Shown: positions 21,496 through 31,361 of the stretch, one piece after another
How the letters are laid out: each line of letters starts with the position of its first letter
How positions within the stretch are numbered: the first letter of the stretch is position 1
Origin: Spirochaetaceae bacterium
GTDB taxonomy: Bacteria; Spirochaetota; Spirochaetia; DSM-2461
Assembly (NCBI GenBank): GCA_051531975.1
Contig: JAOPTT010000006.1
Location: 256,656-320,655 of the forward strand
DNA: 64,000 bases
Reading direction: 5' to 3'
The notes under the pieces: model-generated
The model's input: the letters and a program-made list of their open reading frames with translations, nothing else
Databases searched by the model: none
Told to the model about the DNA's origin: nothing
Position numbers and translations under genes: made by a program

Positions 21496-23038
21496 TTTTT
21501 TTACTAAAACGTAATAATGTTATGTAATATCTATTTATATTTGACTCATTTAAGTTATTCAGAGGTTCTTTTTCTGGATAATGTTCAAAAAAATATCCCA
21601 CTTTATTAACTATATGTATTATATCTTTTAGTTGAGTTTCTCCAATAATTACTTTCTTCAAAGCCTTTAGAGAGTTATTTAAATCGATTTCTATCTCATT
21701 ATATAATGTCAAACCAGTTGTCGTATACTGATACTTATTAGTTTTCGGGGATATATATTCAGTATCAATAATTTTAATAAATTCATCATTATTGATTAAA
21801 GGAACCCCTAAATCCATTCCATTTTGTGTAAGATCAAATATATTATTAGTCCCACATAGAAGTTCCTTAGCATATAAAGAGTATTCATATAAAATGGTAT
21901 CTGTATTTTCTATATCCCCAACTTTGTTTTTAACATCTTGTAATGGCCTTTTTAAGCAGTTTATATAGCTATCACCTGGATTTAACTTATTCCATCCTAT
22001 AAGTGATGATATGTGGTATGGAGATCCTTTACTATGTGTTTTTCCTCGTCTATATGCGAAGTCTAAACCAGCTAAAAATATAGAGTTCTTCGCAATTTTT
22101 AAGCCAATATAAATTGCAGTTATTCCAACAGAACCTAGAGGTGGTAACATCTCATCGGATATACCCATATTTTTTATTTTTGTTAGTAAATTAGAATCAG
22201 AAAACTTTGTAATAGAATGATACTTATTTCCAGTTAAGTTTCTTAATACCCCAGGATAACTAGAGAGGTCATATATTATATCGATGTTTTTATCTTTAGC
22301 TCCATAAAAATCTGGCAGATTATAAAATTGTGCTTCTAATGCTAGAACTACATCCGGGGTAATATCGTATTCTAATAAAATTTGTAGTGCAGTATCTACA
22401 CATAAAATAAATACCTTTTCTCTATAAGTTATAAGTAGATCAAGAATCTTTTCTGTAGATTCTCCAGCCCCAATAATGACTATAGGCTTATTGGTTTTAA
22501 TTTCAGTATATGGTTTTGATTTATCAAGGTAGGGTAGGTTCTTAATGCTATTTTTGATCCATAAATGGCCCATTTGTGTCAATGTATATCTATTTTTCCA
22601 ATAGGTATGAAGTTGTTTTAAAAGAATTTGTAAAATATTATCATATTCACTTTTATGAAGTTCATAACCACCGTTTAAATTAATTAATTCACATCTTTTA
22701 AATGTAGAAAAATTTAATTTATTTAATATACTAATGAAATCAAAACCATTTCTAATAATTATAATATCATTTTTATTATTTGATATTGAGTATAGCAAAC
22801 TATCTAATTCTAACTGAAGTAACATAGAAGAATTAGGTATTCTATTTTGTAACTCTTTTAATCCGTAACCTAATAGAGGAGAAGTAAATATATATATAGT
22901 ATCTTCTTGAAATTTTAAATTATCGATAAGCTTTAAAACAGATTTTAATGGATCATATTTAGAATATAATAGTCTATTTTTATATTTAATAGACATTCCC
23001 TTACTAGTTTCTACAAGTAAGGGTTTGTCTACTGTCAT
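21443..23038 (-). CDS. DUF115 / Maf (motility-associated factor, MptE-like) family protein
   Basis: LYSKYDP, IIGAGES, CVDTA, GSVG and LAGLDFAY..GKTH motifs. Confidence 0.8.
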   Translation of the reverse strand: MTVDKPLLVETSKGMSIKYKNRLLYSKYDPLKSVLKLIDNLKFQEDTIYIFTSPLLGYGLKELQNRIPNSSMLLQLELDSLLYSISNNKNDIIIIRNGFDFISILNKLNFSTFKRCELINLNGGYELHKSEYDNILQILLKQLHTYWKNRYTLTQMGHLWIKNSIKNLPYLDKSKPYTEIKTNKPIVIIGAGESTEKILDLLITYREKVFILCVDTALQILLEYDITPDVVLALEAQFYNLPDFYGAKDKNIDIIYDLSSYPGVLRNLTGNKYHSITKFSDSNLLTKIKNMGISDEMLPPLGSVGITAIYIGLKIAKNSIFLAGLDFAYRRGKTHSKGSPYHISSLIGWNKLNPGDSYINCLKRPLQDVKNKVGDIENTDTILYEYSLYAKELLCGTNNIFDLTQNGMDLGVPLINNDEFIKIIDTEYISPKTNKYQYTTTGLTLYNEIEIDLNNSLKALKKVIIGETQLKDIIHIVNKVGYFFEHYPEKEPLNNLNESNINRYYITLLRFSKKIKGQNLTGFPDSPNYHP

Positions 23039-23040
23039 TT

Positions 23041-24507
23041 TTATATACCTTGATTAATAGTTAAGATCTCAAGATAACCTGCAAAAAAGTTATCTGTAAA
23101 TTTATCAGATCTCATTATTAGGTCTTCACTAACTAAACTTTTAAAGCTTAATAATGCTCTATCAAGTGAATATAATACATAATCATCAGTTAAAGCTTCA
23201 TCAGATACAGCTTCTTTTAACTTAAATACAGAAATTGTATCACCTAAAACAATAGGTTCAGATACATTAGAATCATTTAAATCAAACAGTGTAGTAAAAA
23301 AGTTTTCATTATTAACTGCTCTACTAAAAATAGGATCCTGACTTACTCTATTAACTGATGTTGATAACATCTGTTCTGCTCCATAGTTAATTGAAAACAG
23401 GCCAGTCTCTTTAATCTCTTTACCTAATGTAATTAAGTCATTATCCTCAATTCCGTTAATAACATTATAGAAATGATCTTCAATCATTCCTCTTTCATAG
23501 GATAACAGATATTTATGTATTTCAGTTAGGTTAGAGAAATCTGGTGCTGCAATATCTTCTGTAAGTGTTAATAATATGATCTCTCCATCTTTCTCAACAA
23601 CATAAGGTGCTGAAGTCGTAGTTAAAGAAAGAATATCTGCACTATCTGTAATACCAAAAATACTTTCTAATTCATATTCATAAGTAGGATTCATAACTCC
23701 TTCCTTATTCTTAAAATTATCAGTTGAATAAGTTGCAGCTAAATCTTTAAATGAAGCTTCTTTATTGTTTACTTTTTCAAGTATCTCATCAGCTTTACTC
23801 ATATCATTAACAGTAATTCTAGAAAATAATAATTTAGTAAAGACTTTAGAGTTATTATTTGCATATTCTCTAGCTAATTCATCTGGATAATCAGAATAAA
23901 AAAGTGTTACATAATTAAAGTTTCTTTTTTCATTACTCATAGAAGAGATAAACTCTAAATATTTTTTACTTCTTTTTTGTTGTAGAAGAGTATGATACTG
24001 CCAACTTGATACTTTTAATTCACGCTCAACATTATTTCTTAACTCTTGCTTTTGTGATTCTGTAGTATTACTAAAAACTTTTGAACTAAAACTTCCGTTT
24101 ACATTATAGTATCCTGAGTTTAAAACAGCATCATCTAATTGCTCTTTAGATACAAAATATCCATTTGAAGTAAAATCTTCAATTGCAGCAGCTTTCACTA
24201 CAGCTCTTTTGTATGCAGCTTGAGCTAATCTAGGGTCCATAGAATCAGTAGTATTTGAACTTAGTGAAGCTAATTCTCTTTTAAATGGAGTTTCCTTAAG
24301 GAAACTAAATGTAATTTTTTCATCACCATAAGAACCTAATTCTATATCTGCCATTTTAGTTTGGGTTAAATCTGTTAATGCTGGTGCAACTACGAAACTT
24401 ACTACTACTACTAGTAGAATAAGTACTGAACCTATTAAAGTTCCAAGACTTTTGTTGCTTACAGTCTTTTTAGTTTTTTTGTTAAAATTGGTTGTTTTAG
24501 AAGCCAT
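23041..24507 (-). CDS. SurA/PpiD-like peptidylprolyl isomerase / periplasmic chaperone
   Basis: N-terminal TM; SurA_N-like region (GYFVSKEQLD...NGSFS); rotamase-like SFKDLAATYSTD. Confidence 0.7.
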   Translation of the reverse strand: MASKTTNFNKKTKKTVSNKSLGTLIGSVLILLVVVVSFVVAPALTDLTQTKMADIELGSYGDEKITFSFLKETPFKRELASLSSNTTDSMDPRLAQAAYKRAVVKAAAIEDFTSNGYFVSKEQLDDAVLNSGYYNVNGSFSSKVFSNTTESQKQELRNNVERELKVSSWQYHTLLQQKRSKKYLEFISSMSNEKRNFNYVTLFYSDYPDELAREYANNNSKVFTKLLFSRITVNDMSKADEILEKVNNKEASFKDLAATYSTDNFKNKEGVMNPTYEYELESIFGITDSADILSLTTTSAPYVVEKDGEIILLTLTEDIAAPDFSNLTEIHKYLLSYERGMIEDHFYNVINGIEDNDLITLGKEIKETGLFSINYGAEQMLSTSVNRVSQDPIFSRAVNNENFFTTLFDLNDSNVSEPIVLGDTISVFKLKEAVSDEALTDDYVLYSLDRALLSFKSLVSEDLIMRSDKFTDNFFAGYLEILTINQGI

Positions 24508-24691
24508 TAATTATTGTCCTTATATTATTGTTTCAGTACAAAAAATTACCATGAAAGCATATGGTTGTCAATCTATACTGATAATAGGTTAAAAATTCTT
24601 TTAATTAACGGTTATCAGGATAGAAAGAGATTATATTTTTTGTTATTATACATTAATAATTTATAAGTAATTGTTCGTTTAGGAGTTAACA

Positions 24692-26332
24692 TTGATAAGT
24701 TGTAGTAATATATCCCTTGCATTTGGTAAGAGATCACTTTTTAAAGATGTAAATATTAAATTTACACCTGGAAATTGTTATGGATTAATAGGTGCAAATG
24801 GTGCTGGGAAATCAACATTTATAAAAGTTCTATCTGGTGAGTTAGAACACGATGCAGGAGATATTCATATTACTCCTGGTGAAAGAATGGCTGTATTAGC
24901 CCAAGATCACTTTGCTTACGATGAGCATACAGTTATGAATACTGTTATAATGGGTCATGAAAAATTATATAAAATAATGGCAGAAAAAGATGCTATATAT
25001 GCAAAAGAAGACTTTACTGACGAAGATGGTATGAAGGCAAGTGAGCTAGAAGGTGAGTTTGCTGAGTTAAATGGTTGGGAAGCAGAGAGTGAAGCAGGTA
25101 TCCTATTATCAGGTTTAGGTGTTACTAGTGAGTTTTACGATACACTAATGAAAGAATTAGATGATACTGTAAAGGTTCGAGTTTTATTAGCACAAGCCCT
25201 GTTTGGTAATCCAGATATTCTATTATTAGATGAGCCAACAAACCACTTGGATATAGAATCTATTAAATGGTTAGAAGACTTTTTATATAAGTTTACTAAT
25301 ACTGTTGTTGTAGTTTCTCATGATAGACATTTTTTAAATCAGGTATGTACACATATTGCTGATATTGATTATGGAAAATTAACAACATATGTTGGTAACT
25401 ATGACTTTTGGTATCAAACAAGTCAGATGATTGCTAAGCAGATGAAAGATCAAAAGAAAAAAGCTGAAGATAAAGCTGCAGATTTAAAAAGTTTTATTGC
25501 ACGTTTTAGTAGTAATGCTTCTAAAGCAAAGCAGGCTACAAGTAGAAAGAAACAGTTAGAAAAGCTAAATATAGAAGATATCAAAGCATCTTCAAGAAAA
25601 TTTCCATATGTTGCATTTAAACCAGAAAGAGATGCTGGGAAAGTTATTTTAGAAGTTGAAGGTTTATCTAAAACTATGGATGGAGAAGTTTTGTTTAAAG
25701 ACTTAACTTTTCAAATCAACTCAGAAGATAAAGTTGCATTTGTTGGACCTCAAAATCAGGCTAAGACAGTTCTTTTCCAAATATTAGCTGGAGAGGTTGA
25801 GGCAGATTCTGGAAGTATCAATTGGGGTATTACAACATCAAAATCTCTTTTCCCAAAAGATAACTCTGAGTATTTTAACGAAAGTATAAATATGACTGAT
25901 TGGTTAAGACAGTTTTCTAAAGAGCCAGACGATGCATTTATTCGAGGTTTCCTAGGTAGAATGTTATTCTCTGGGGATGAATCGTTAAAAGATGTAACTG
26001 TTTTATCTGGTGGAGAGAAAGTTAGATGTATGTTGTCGAAAATGATGTTAGAAGAGTCTAATGTTCTTTTAATGGATGAGCCAACTGCCCATTTAGACTT
26101 AGAATCAATCACCTCTTTAAATAATGGTCTAATAGACTTTAAAGGTGTTTTACTATTCAACTCCCACGATCATCAGTTTGTAGAGTCTATATGTAACAGA
26201 ATTATTGAATTTACACCCACTGGTATAATTGATAGAAAATGTACATTTGAAGAATACCTATCTAATGATATCGTTGCAAAACTACGTGATGAAGCTTATC
26301 ATGACGGTTCACATAAACAATTAACAATATAA
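24692..26332 (+). CDS. ABC-F family ATPase (YbiT/YkpA-like)
   Basis: Two ABC domains (GANGAGKS, LLLDEPTNHLD; LSGGE, MDEPTAHLD) with an interdomain linker and no TM segments. Confidence 0.93.
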   Translation: MISCSNISLAFGKRSLFKDVNIKFTPGNCYGLIGANGAGKSTFIKVLSGELEHDAGDIHITPGERMAVLAQDHFAYDEHTVMNTVIMGHEKLYKIMAEKDAIYAKEDFTDEDGMKASELEGEFAELNGWEAESEAGILLSGLGVTSEFYDTLMKELDDTVKVRVLLAQALFGNPDILLLDEPTNHLDIESIKWLEDFLYKFTNTVVVVSHDRHFLNQVCTHIADIDYGKLTTYVGNYDFWYQTSQMIAKQMKDQKKKAEDKAADLKSFIARFSSNASKAKQATSRKKQLEKLNIEDIKASSRKFPYVAFKPERDAGKVILEVEGLSKTMDGEVLFKDLTFQINSEDKVAFVGPQNQAKTVLFQILAGEVEADSGSINWGITTSKSLFPKDNSEYFNESINMTDWLRQFSKEPDDAFIRGFLGRMLFSGDESLKDVTVLSGGEKVRCMLSKMMLEESNVLLMDEPTAHLDLESITSLNNGLIDFKGVLLFNSHDHQFVESICNRIIEFTPTGIIDRKCTFEEYLSNDIVAKLRDEAYHDGSHKQLTI

Positions 26333-26339
26333 TTATATA

Positions 26340-26364
26340 ATGCCCCTGGATAAGGGGCTTTTTA
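26340..26364. terminator. Terminator between the ABC-F gene and thiP
   Basis: gcccct-ggata-aggggc followed by a T run. Confidence 0.7.
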
Positions 26365-27969
26365 TTTCTCGAAATTATCTATAAATCTAAATGAAATCAG
26401 ACATAAAAATAGTAAAATAGATCCTAGAGCACAAGCTCCATAAAAGTTATATGAACCTATTAACTGATAAATTGCTAATGGTATAGTTACAAATTCTTGG
26501 GGAGCCAACATTATTGATGCGTTCATCTCTCCTATAGAGAGGGCGAAAGAAAAAATAGCTGCAGTAGTTATGCCACTCTTTAATAATGGAAGTTCAATAT
26601 GAATAAAAGTTTTAATCCTACTATATCCAAGAGACATTGATGACTCTATCAAGGAGTAATTTATTGTTTTATATATGTTATTTATAGATCTTACACTTAA
26701 AGGCATAGCGATTATTGTATGAGCTAAAACAATTAGTATATACGACCTTGGTAAATTAAGGGTTAAATAACTTAGACCAATTATAATTGATGAGATTCCC
26801 ATTGGTAGAAAAAACAGCAGTGTATATAAGGATTTAAACTTAAATTTTAAATTTAAATTATAAGTAATCAATAAAGAAAATGGCACAGTTAATAATACTG
26901 TTGAAAATCCTAAAATTAATGAATTCTTTATGGCATATAGTGCAGTTCTATTAAATTTATTATTCAAACCACCAAATATTGATTTATACCAATGTAACGA
27001 TAGTTCGCTACCACTTGTAAAACCATCTTTTTTTAAGAATGAGCTAACTACTATTGTAATTAAAGGTGATAATAATATTACAAAAAGTGGTATTAGATAT
27101 AAAATAAACATAGTTAGACTTTTTTTGCTTAATTTTTTTTCCAGACTGTGACCACTAGAAAAATTTGAACTTCTTTTTTCACTTTTTAAATATATAAATA
27201 GAACTATAACTGTAATCAAACTTTCAACTATAGATAGAGAAGCTGCTTTCGGTAAATTTAGTGATATTCTTGCGAAACGATATACTTCGACTTCAATTGT
27301 AGAAAGACTTGGTCCACCACCTAAAACAAGAATAATACCAAAACTCATAAAACAATATAGAAATATTAAAGTAAAACTTGTAATAATACCTGGTGTTAAA
27401 AAAGGGAATGTTATCCTAAAAAAAGTCTTAATTTTTCCTGCACCTAAAGAGTTAGAAGCTTCTGTTAATTCATGGGGAATCTTTTTCCATCTAGATGATA
27501 TAATTCTGATAGCTAAGGGAAAATTATAAAATATGTGGGCTAATAATACCGCTTTTAAAGAGTATAATATTCTTAAAGGTGGCTTTTCTAAATTAAAGAT
27601 GTCTACTAAGAGGTTATTAATTACACCTTTATTACCAAATAGTAATACAAAACCTAAAACTGTTAAAATGGAAGGTAATACAAAGGGTAAACTAGCTAAA
27701 GCTAAAAATATTTTTTTTCCAAAGAAATTATATCTTGTAACTAAGTAAGCACCAGGTAGGGCAATTATAATTGATAAAAGGCTACTCAAAAAAGCTTGGT
27801 ATATCGTAAAACTTATAATTTTTCTGTAATAAAAACTGTTAAAAATTTCAGAAAAAAAAGATCTATTTAACCCCTTAGAAAGTACGTTAATAAGGGGTAG
27901 ATAAAAGAAAATTAATATTAAAATTAGAGGAAAAAGGATTAACCCCTTTTTCCCTATTTGAATATTCAC
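26362..27969 (-). CDS. thiP: Thiamine ABC transporter permease
   Basis: Duplicated permease domains with EAA-type loops (EASNSLGA, ESSMSLG); lies downstream of thiB and a TPP riboswitch. Confidence 0.85.
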   Translation of the reverse strand: MNIQIGKKGLILFPLILILIFFYLPLINVLSKGLNRSFFSEIFNSFYYRKIISFTIYQAFLSSLLSIIIALPGAYLVTRYNFFGKKIFLALASLPFVLPSILTVLGFVLLFGNKGVINNLLVDIFNLEKPPLRILYSLKAVLLAHIFYNFPLAIRIISSRWKKIPHELTEASNSLGAGKIKTFFRITFPFLTPGIITSFTLIFLYCFMSFGIILVLGGGPSLSTIEVEVYRFARISLNLPKAASLSIVESLITVIVLFIYLKSEKRSSNFSSGHSLEKKLSKKSLTMFILYLIPLFVILLSPLITIVVSSFLKKDGFTSGSELSLHWYKSIFGGLNNKFNRTALYAIKNSLILGFSTVLLTVPFSLLITYNLNLKFKFKSLYTLLFFLPMGISSIIIGLSYLTLNLPRSYILIVLAHTIIAMPLSVRSINNIYKTINYSLIESSMSLGYSRIKTFIHIELPLLKSGITTAAIFSFALSIGEMNASIMLAPQEFVTIPLAIYQLIGSYNFYGACALGSILLFLCLISFRFIDNFEK

Positions 27970-28988
27970 TATTTAACTGAATTCTCAGCCCATTCGTTAA
28001 GCCATATATCATAATTTTTTTCAATTAGATCATAATCTAGTTGTAATGTTTTTTTAGGATATAGAGCATAATCAAAAGATTCTGGTAATTCAACTTTACT
28101 GTTTACAGGGAACATCCAATTTGTCATTGGCAGAATATTTTGCGCTTCTTCAGATAACATGAAATCTAAAAACTTCTGTGCATTTAATATATTTTTAGAT
28201 CCCTTAATAATACCAAGACCTTCAAGTTGCATGTAGTTACCTTCCTCAAATATAAGTGCTTGATATCTAGTTGTCTCTTCGTACGCGACATGATATGCAG
28301 GGCTTGTTGTATAACTAAGAACCATTGGGGCTTCACCTTGAGTAAATAGGCCATATCCAGAAGACCATCCATCAGTAATTGTTAAAATTGAAGGTTTAAG
28401 TCTATTCCAATATTCTAAATAGTCATCTCCATAAACTGCTTTTGTCCATAAAAGAAATCCTAAACCAGGACTAGAAGTTCTTGGATCCATAAGAATTAAA
28501 GATTTAGCATATTCAGGTTTAGTTAAATCTTCTAATGACATAGGTGGATTATCTAAAGCTTCAGTATCATAGATAATTGAGAAATAACCATAATCGAAGG
28601 GTACTAAGCTATTTTTTTTATCGAATTGTAAATCTTTATCTAGTGCTTTAACACTATCACTTGAATATGGGGTTAAAATATCAGCTTTTAATGCTTTTGA
28701 AAGCATATTGTTATCAACACCAATAATAATATCTGCTATTGGACTATCTTTTTCACTGATAGCTTTAGTTAATACTGAACCGGCATCTCCAAAATCAACC
28801 ATGTTAACTTTAATACCATATTTTTCTTCAAACAGAGGAATAATCTGTGGTCCTGGACCCCAGTCGGATGTGAATGAATCGTATGCATAAATTGTTAATT
28901 CATCTGTTTCTACTGCAACTTCTTTGTTAGATGATGCAAATAGAACTGTACTACATAAAACGAGTAGTATTAAAAGTAATTTTTTCAT
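27969..28988 (-). CDS. thiB: Thiamine ABC transporter substrate-binding protein
   Basis: YAYDSFTSDWGPGP, DPRTSSPGLG, VLSYTTSPAYH and NWMFP motifs. Confidence 0.93.
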   Translation of the reverse strand: MKKLLLILLVLCSTVLFASSNKEVAVETDELTIYAYDSFTSDWGPGPQIIPLFEEKYGIKVNMVDFGDAGSVLTKAISEKDSPIADIIIGVDNNMLSKALKADILTPYSSDSVKALDKDLQFDKKNSLVPFDYGYFSIIYDTEALDNPPMSLEDLTKPEYAKSLILMDPRTSSPGLGFLLWTKAVYGDDYLEYWNRLKPSILTITDGWSSGYGLFTQGEAPMVLSYTTSPAYHVAYEETTRYQALIFEEGNYMQLEGLGIIKGSKNILNAQKFLDFMLSEEAQNILPMTNWMFPVNSKVELPESFDYALYPKKTLQLDYDLIEKNYDIWLNEWAENSVK

Positions 28989-29017
28989 TAAAATCTCCCA
29001 ATTTTTGGGGGGCTAGA

Positions 29018-29106
29018 AGTGTACTCCCTACGCTGGAATTACCCAGATCAGGTTAACGGGTCTAGTCTCAGATCACTTATTTAGTGAACACCCCGGATTG
29101 AGCTAA
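29018..29106 (-). ncRNA. TPP (thi-box) riboswitch
   Basis: Minus strand reads GGGGTG...CTGAGA...ACCCG-TTAACCTGATCTGGGTAATTCCAGCGTAGGGA, directly upstream of thiB. Confidence 0.95.
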
Positions 29107-29143
29107 CAATACATTTTATTTGTAATTATGTAAATTACTATAG

Positions 29144-31357
29144 TTAAATTCTTAATCCAAAGAAAAAAGAGTGTTCATACTCATCAAATTTAAATTCATC
29201 AGTTTTAAAATTAACATCTTCATCAATTATAATAGGGAAATCAAAATTTATACCGACAAATATTGCAACATCACCCCAAAGAGGAAGTGCAATTTTACCA
29301 CTAATATTTGGATAACTACCTGTATAAGTAAATAGGTCAGAACTATCATATAAAAGTTTATTGTTTAGAGATGCATCCATCTCGATATAAAGGTTCCCAA
29401 TAGGTATATGAAGACCTAATCCAGTTCCGACAGATAATCTATCAATATTATCTAAATCATTAGGTAATCCAACATAAATCAGATGATATAACATACTAGA
29501 TCCAAACTGATAATCGATTATATGATCCTCACTTGATGTATTATATTTATAGTTAAAATTTTGGATGCCATCTGTAGATATATTAATAAGACCAATTGAA
29601 AGTCCTTTTATATCTTTATTAATATTAACAAGACCAATTTGAGTACCATATACATAATCAGCAATATTAACTAAAGATACTTGGGCACCGTAAACATTAA
29701 ATGCTGAATTAAAGATATACGAAATTTGTATTCCTTTTAGGGTCTCACTTATATTAACACCTGAAATTTGTGCTCCATTAACATCATTTGAACTGTTAAA
29801 TAATCCAGCTATTTGAAATCCTGAAATATTTTTTGATGTATTATATAAACCTGAAGTTTGCATTGTAATAGAGTGGGAATTTCCACCTATATTATTAAAT
29901 AATCCACTAATTTGAATTGTTGGAGCTTCAGTATCAGAACCTATCCAATTAAATAAACCACTTATTTGTAAACCAAATGAATCAGAACCATGACTGACCC
30001 AATTATATAAACCTGTAACTTGAATACCATAATTTTCAATGTTGCCACCAACAGTATTAGCTAAACCTGAAACTTGAACACCAGTAAAGTCTCCTCCATC
30101 TAAATTAAATAGAGCTGATATTTGTGCACCTCTTGCATCATTAATTACCATATTTGCAAGGGATATTTGTGTTCCTTCTAACGATCCAGCCTTAGAGAAT
30201 AAATTTAAATCTAAACTTGCCTCTCTGACTTCATCAAAAGTAGACCAACCAAATATTGCAGTTATTTCAGGTACATCTAAATCATATTCGATTTCATTAG
30301 TGTTTCCACCTCGGACAACATTTTTTTCTGGAGTAAACTCTTCATATTTATACAAGGAAACTACTTTTGAATCATTTGGATTTAAAAGCAACTTTTGTTT
30401 TGAATAAATACCATCTACTTCTTTTATTATTGTATATAATGATGAAGGAACAGATATTTGTAATGTTACACCATGCTTTTTATTAACTTCACTAATTAAA
30501 TTATCTTCATTATCTCGGATAAAAAAACGTCCATAATCATCTTCTTGAAATTCTATTTTTGATTCTGCATTTCTTAGGTCCGTTAATACGATATCACCAG
30601 AGCCTGTTAACCTAAAATCATATGAAGCATGTTGAGCCCCTGCTTGAGTAGCTTCTGTTCTTGCCAACGTTTCATTTGATGCATAACTAAAAGCTTCATG
30701 AAGTGTAACCTTTCCATCAGAAGATGTATCTGCTGCACCTCTTAATGCTGAAACTAAAAAATGAGTAAAAAATGAAGCTTGTAATCTGTTGGATTCCTGA
30801 GCAGCCTCATTTTCAGATGAGGATGTAATAAAAGCATGTCCTGTAGTTTTTACAGACTCATCAACTAGAAATGATGCATTATGTTTCCCACCTTTTAATA
30901 AGGTAAAAGCTCCAGATGAACAAGAATCTAATATTCCAATTTTAACATCTGCATTTGTACTCTCTAAGGATTCTTTTAACTCTTTATACGTTAGTAATGC
31001 GTCTCTTACTAATAATCCTTCTTCTGTAGAATGACCAGAATAATAGAATATTAATTCAGTTCTTGTATTAACCCCATCTGTTAAAATATTATTAGTCATT
31101 TTATCAAAGCTTCGTTTAATAGATGATTTTGTTGGGTTAAGAAGTAATATACTATCACTATTTTCTATACCACCAATATCAGCAAATACATTGGCGATCA
31201 TTTTTGCATCAGATTCTGCATATCTTAAAATAGCTCTTTCATCTCCACCATTATTTGCGCCTACTAAAATAGCATATCTCTTTACTAGTCTAGTTTCAGA
31301 TGAAAATAGTGTCGCACTTGATATTAACAATAATATCAATAATATTTTTTTTATCAT
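29144..31357 (-). CDS. Exported caspase-family (C14) protease fused to GxQ(I/V)xxxxN repeats and a probable C-terminal beta-barrel
   Basis: Signal peptide; YYSGH109 and ILDSC146 catalytic dyad; FFTHFLVSALRGAAD; about 13 GxQxSGLxN-type repeats; amphipathic strands ending HSFFFGLRI. Confidence 0.85.
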   Translation of the reverse strand: MIKKILLILLLISSATLFSSETRLVKRYAILVGANNGGDERAILRYAESDAKMIANVFADIGGIENSDSILLLNPTKSSIKRSFDKMTNNILTDGVNTRTELIFYYSGHSTEEGLLVRDALLTYKELKESLESTNADVKIGILDSCSSGAFTLLKGGKHNASFLVDESVKTTGHAFITSSSENEAAQESNRLQASFFTHFLVSALRGAADTSSDGKVTLHEAFSYASNETLARTEATQAGAQHASYDFRLTGSGDIVLTDLRNAESKIEFQEDDYGRFFIRDNEDNLISEVNKKHGVTLQISVPSSLYTIIKEVDGIYSKQKLLLNPNDSKVVSLYKYEEFTPEKNVVRGGNTNEIEYDLDVPEITAIFGWSTFDEVREASLDLNLFSKAGSLEGTQISLANMVINDARGAQISALFNLDGGDFTGVQVSGLANTVGGNIENYGIQVTGLYNWVSHGSDSFGLQISGLFNWIGSDTEAPTIQISGLFNNIGGNSHSITMQTSGLYNTSKNISGFQIAGLFNSSNDVNGAQISGVNISETLKGIQISYIFNSAFNVYGAQVSLVNIADYVYGTQIGLVNINKDIKGLSIGLINISTDGIQNFNYKYNTSSEDHIIDYQFGSSMLYHLIYVGLPNDLDNIDRLSVGTGLGLHIPIGNLYIEMDASLNNKLLYDSSDLFTYTGSYPNISGKIALPLWGDVAIFVGINFDFPIIIDEDVNFKTDEFKFDEYEHSFFFGLRI
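29575..30180 (-). repeat. Coding tandem repeat region (13-17 aa GxQ(I/V)SGL(F/Y)N units)
   Basis: GTQISLAN, GAQISALFN, GVQVSGLAN, GIQVTGLYN, GLQISGLFN, TIQISGLFN, TMQTSGLYN, GFQIAGLFN, GAQISGVN, GIQISYIFN, GAQVSLVN, GTQIGLVN, GLSIGLIN. Confidence 0.85.
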
Positions 31358-31361
31358 TTTT

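Noticed and set aside
29575..30180. Repeats considered as a CRISPR array or DGR template/variable repeats
   Set aside because: They are conserved at protein level only and degenerate in DNA. No cas or reverse transcriptase gene is present in the window.
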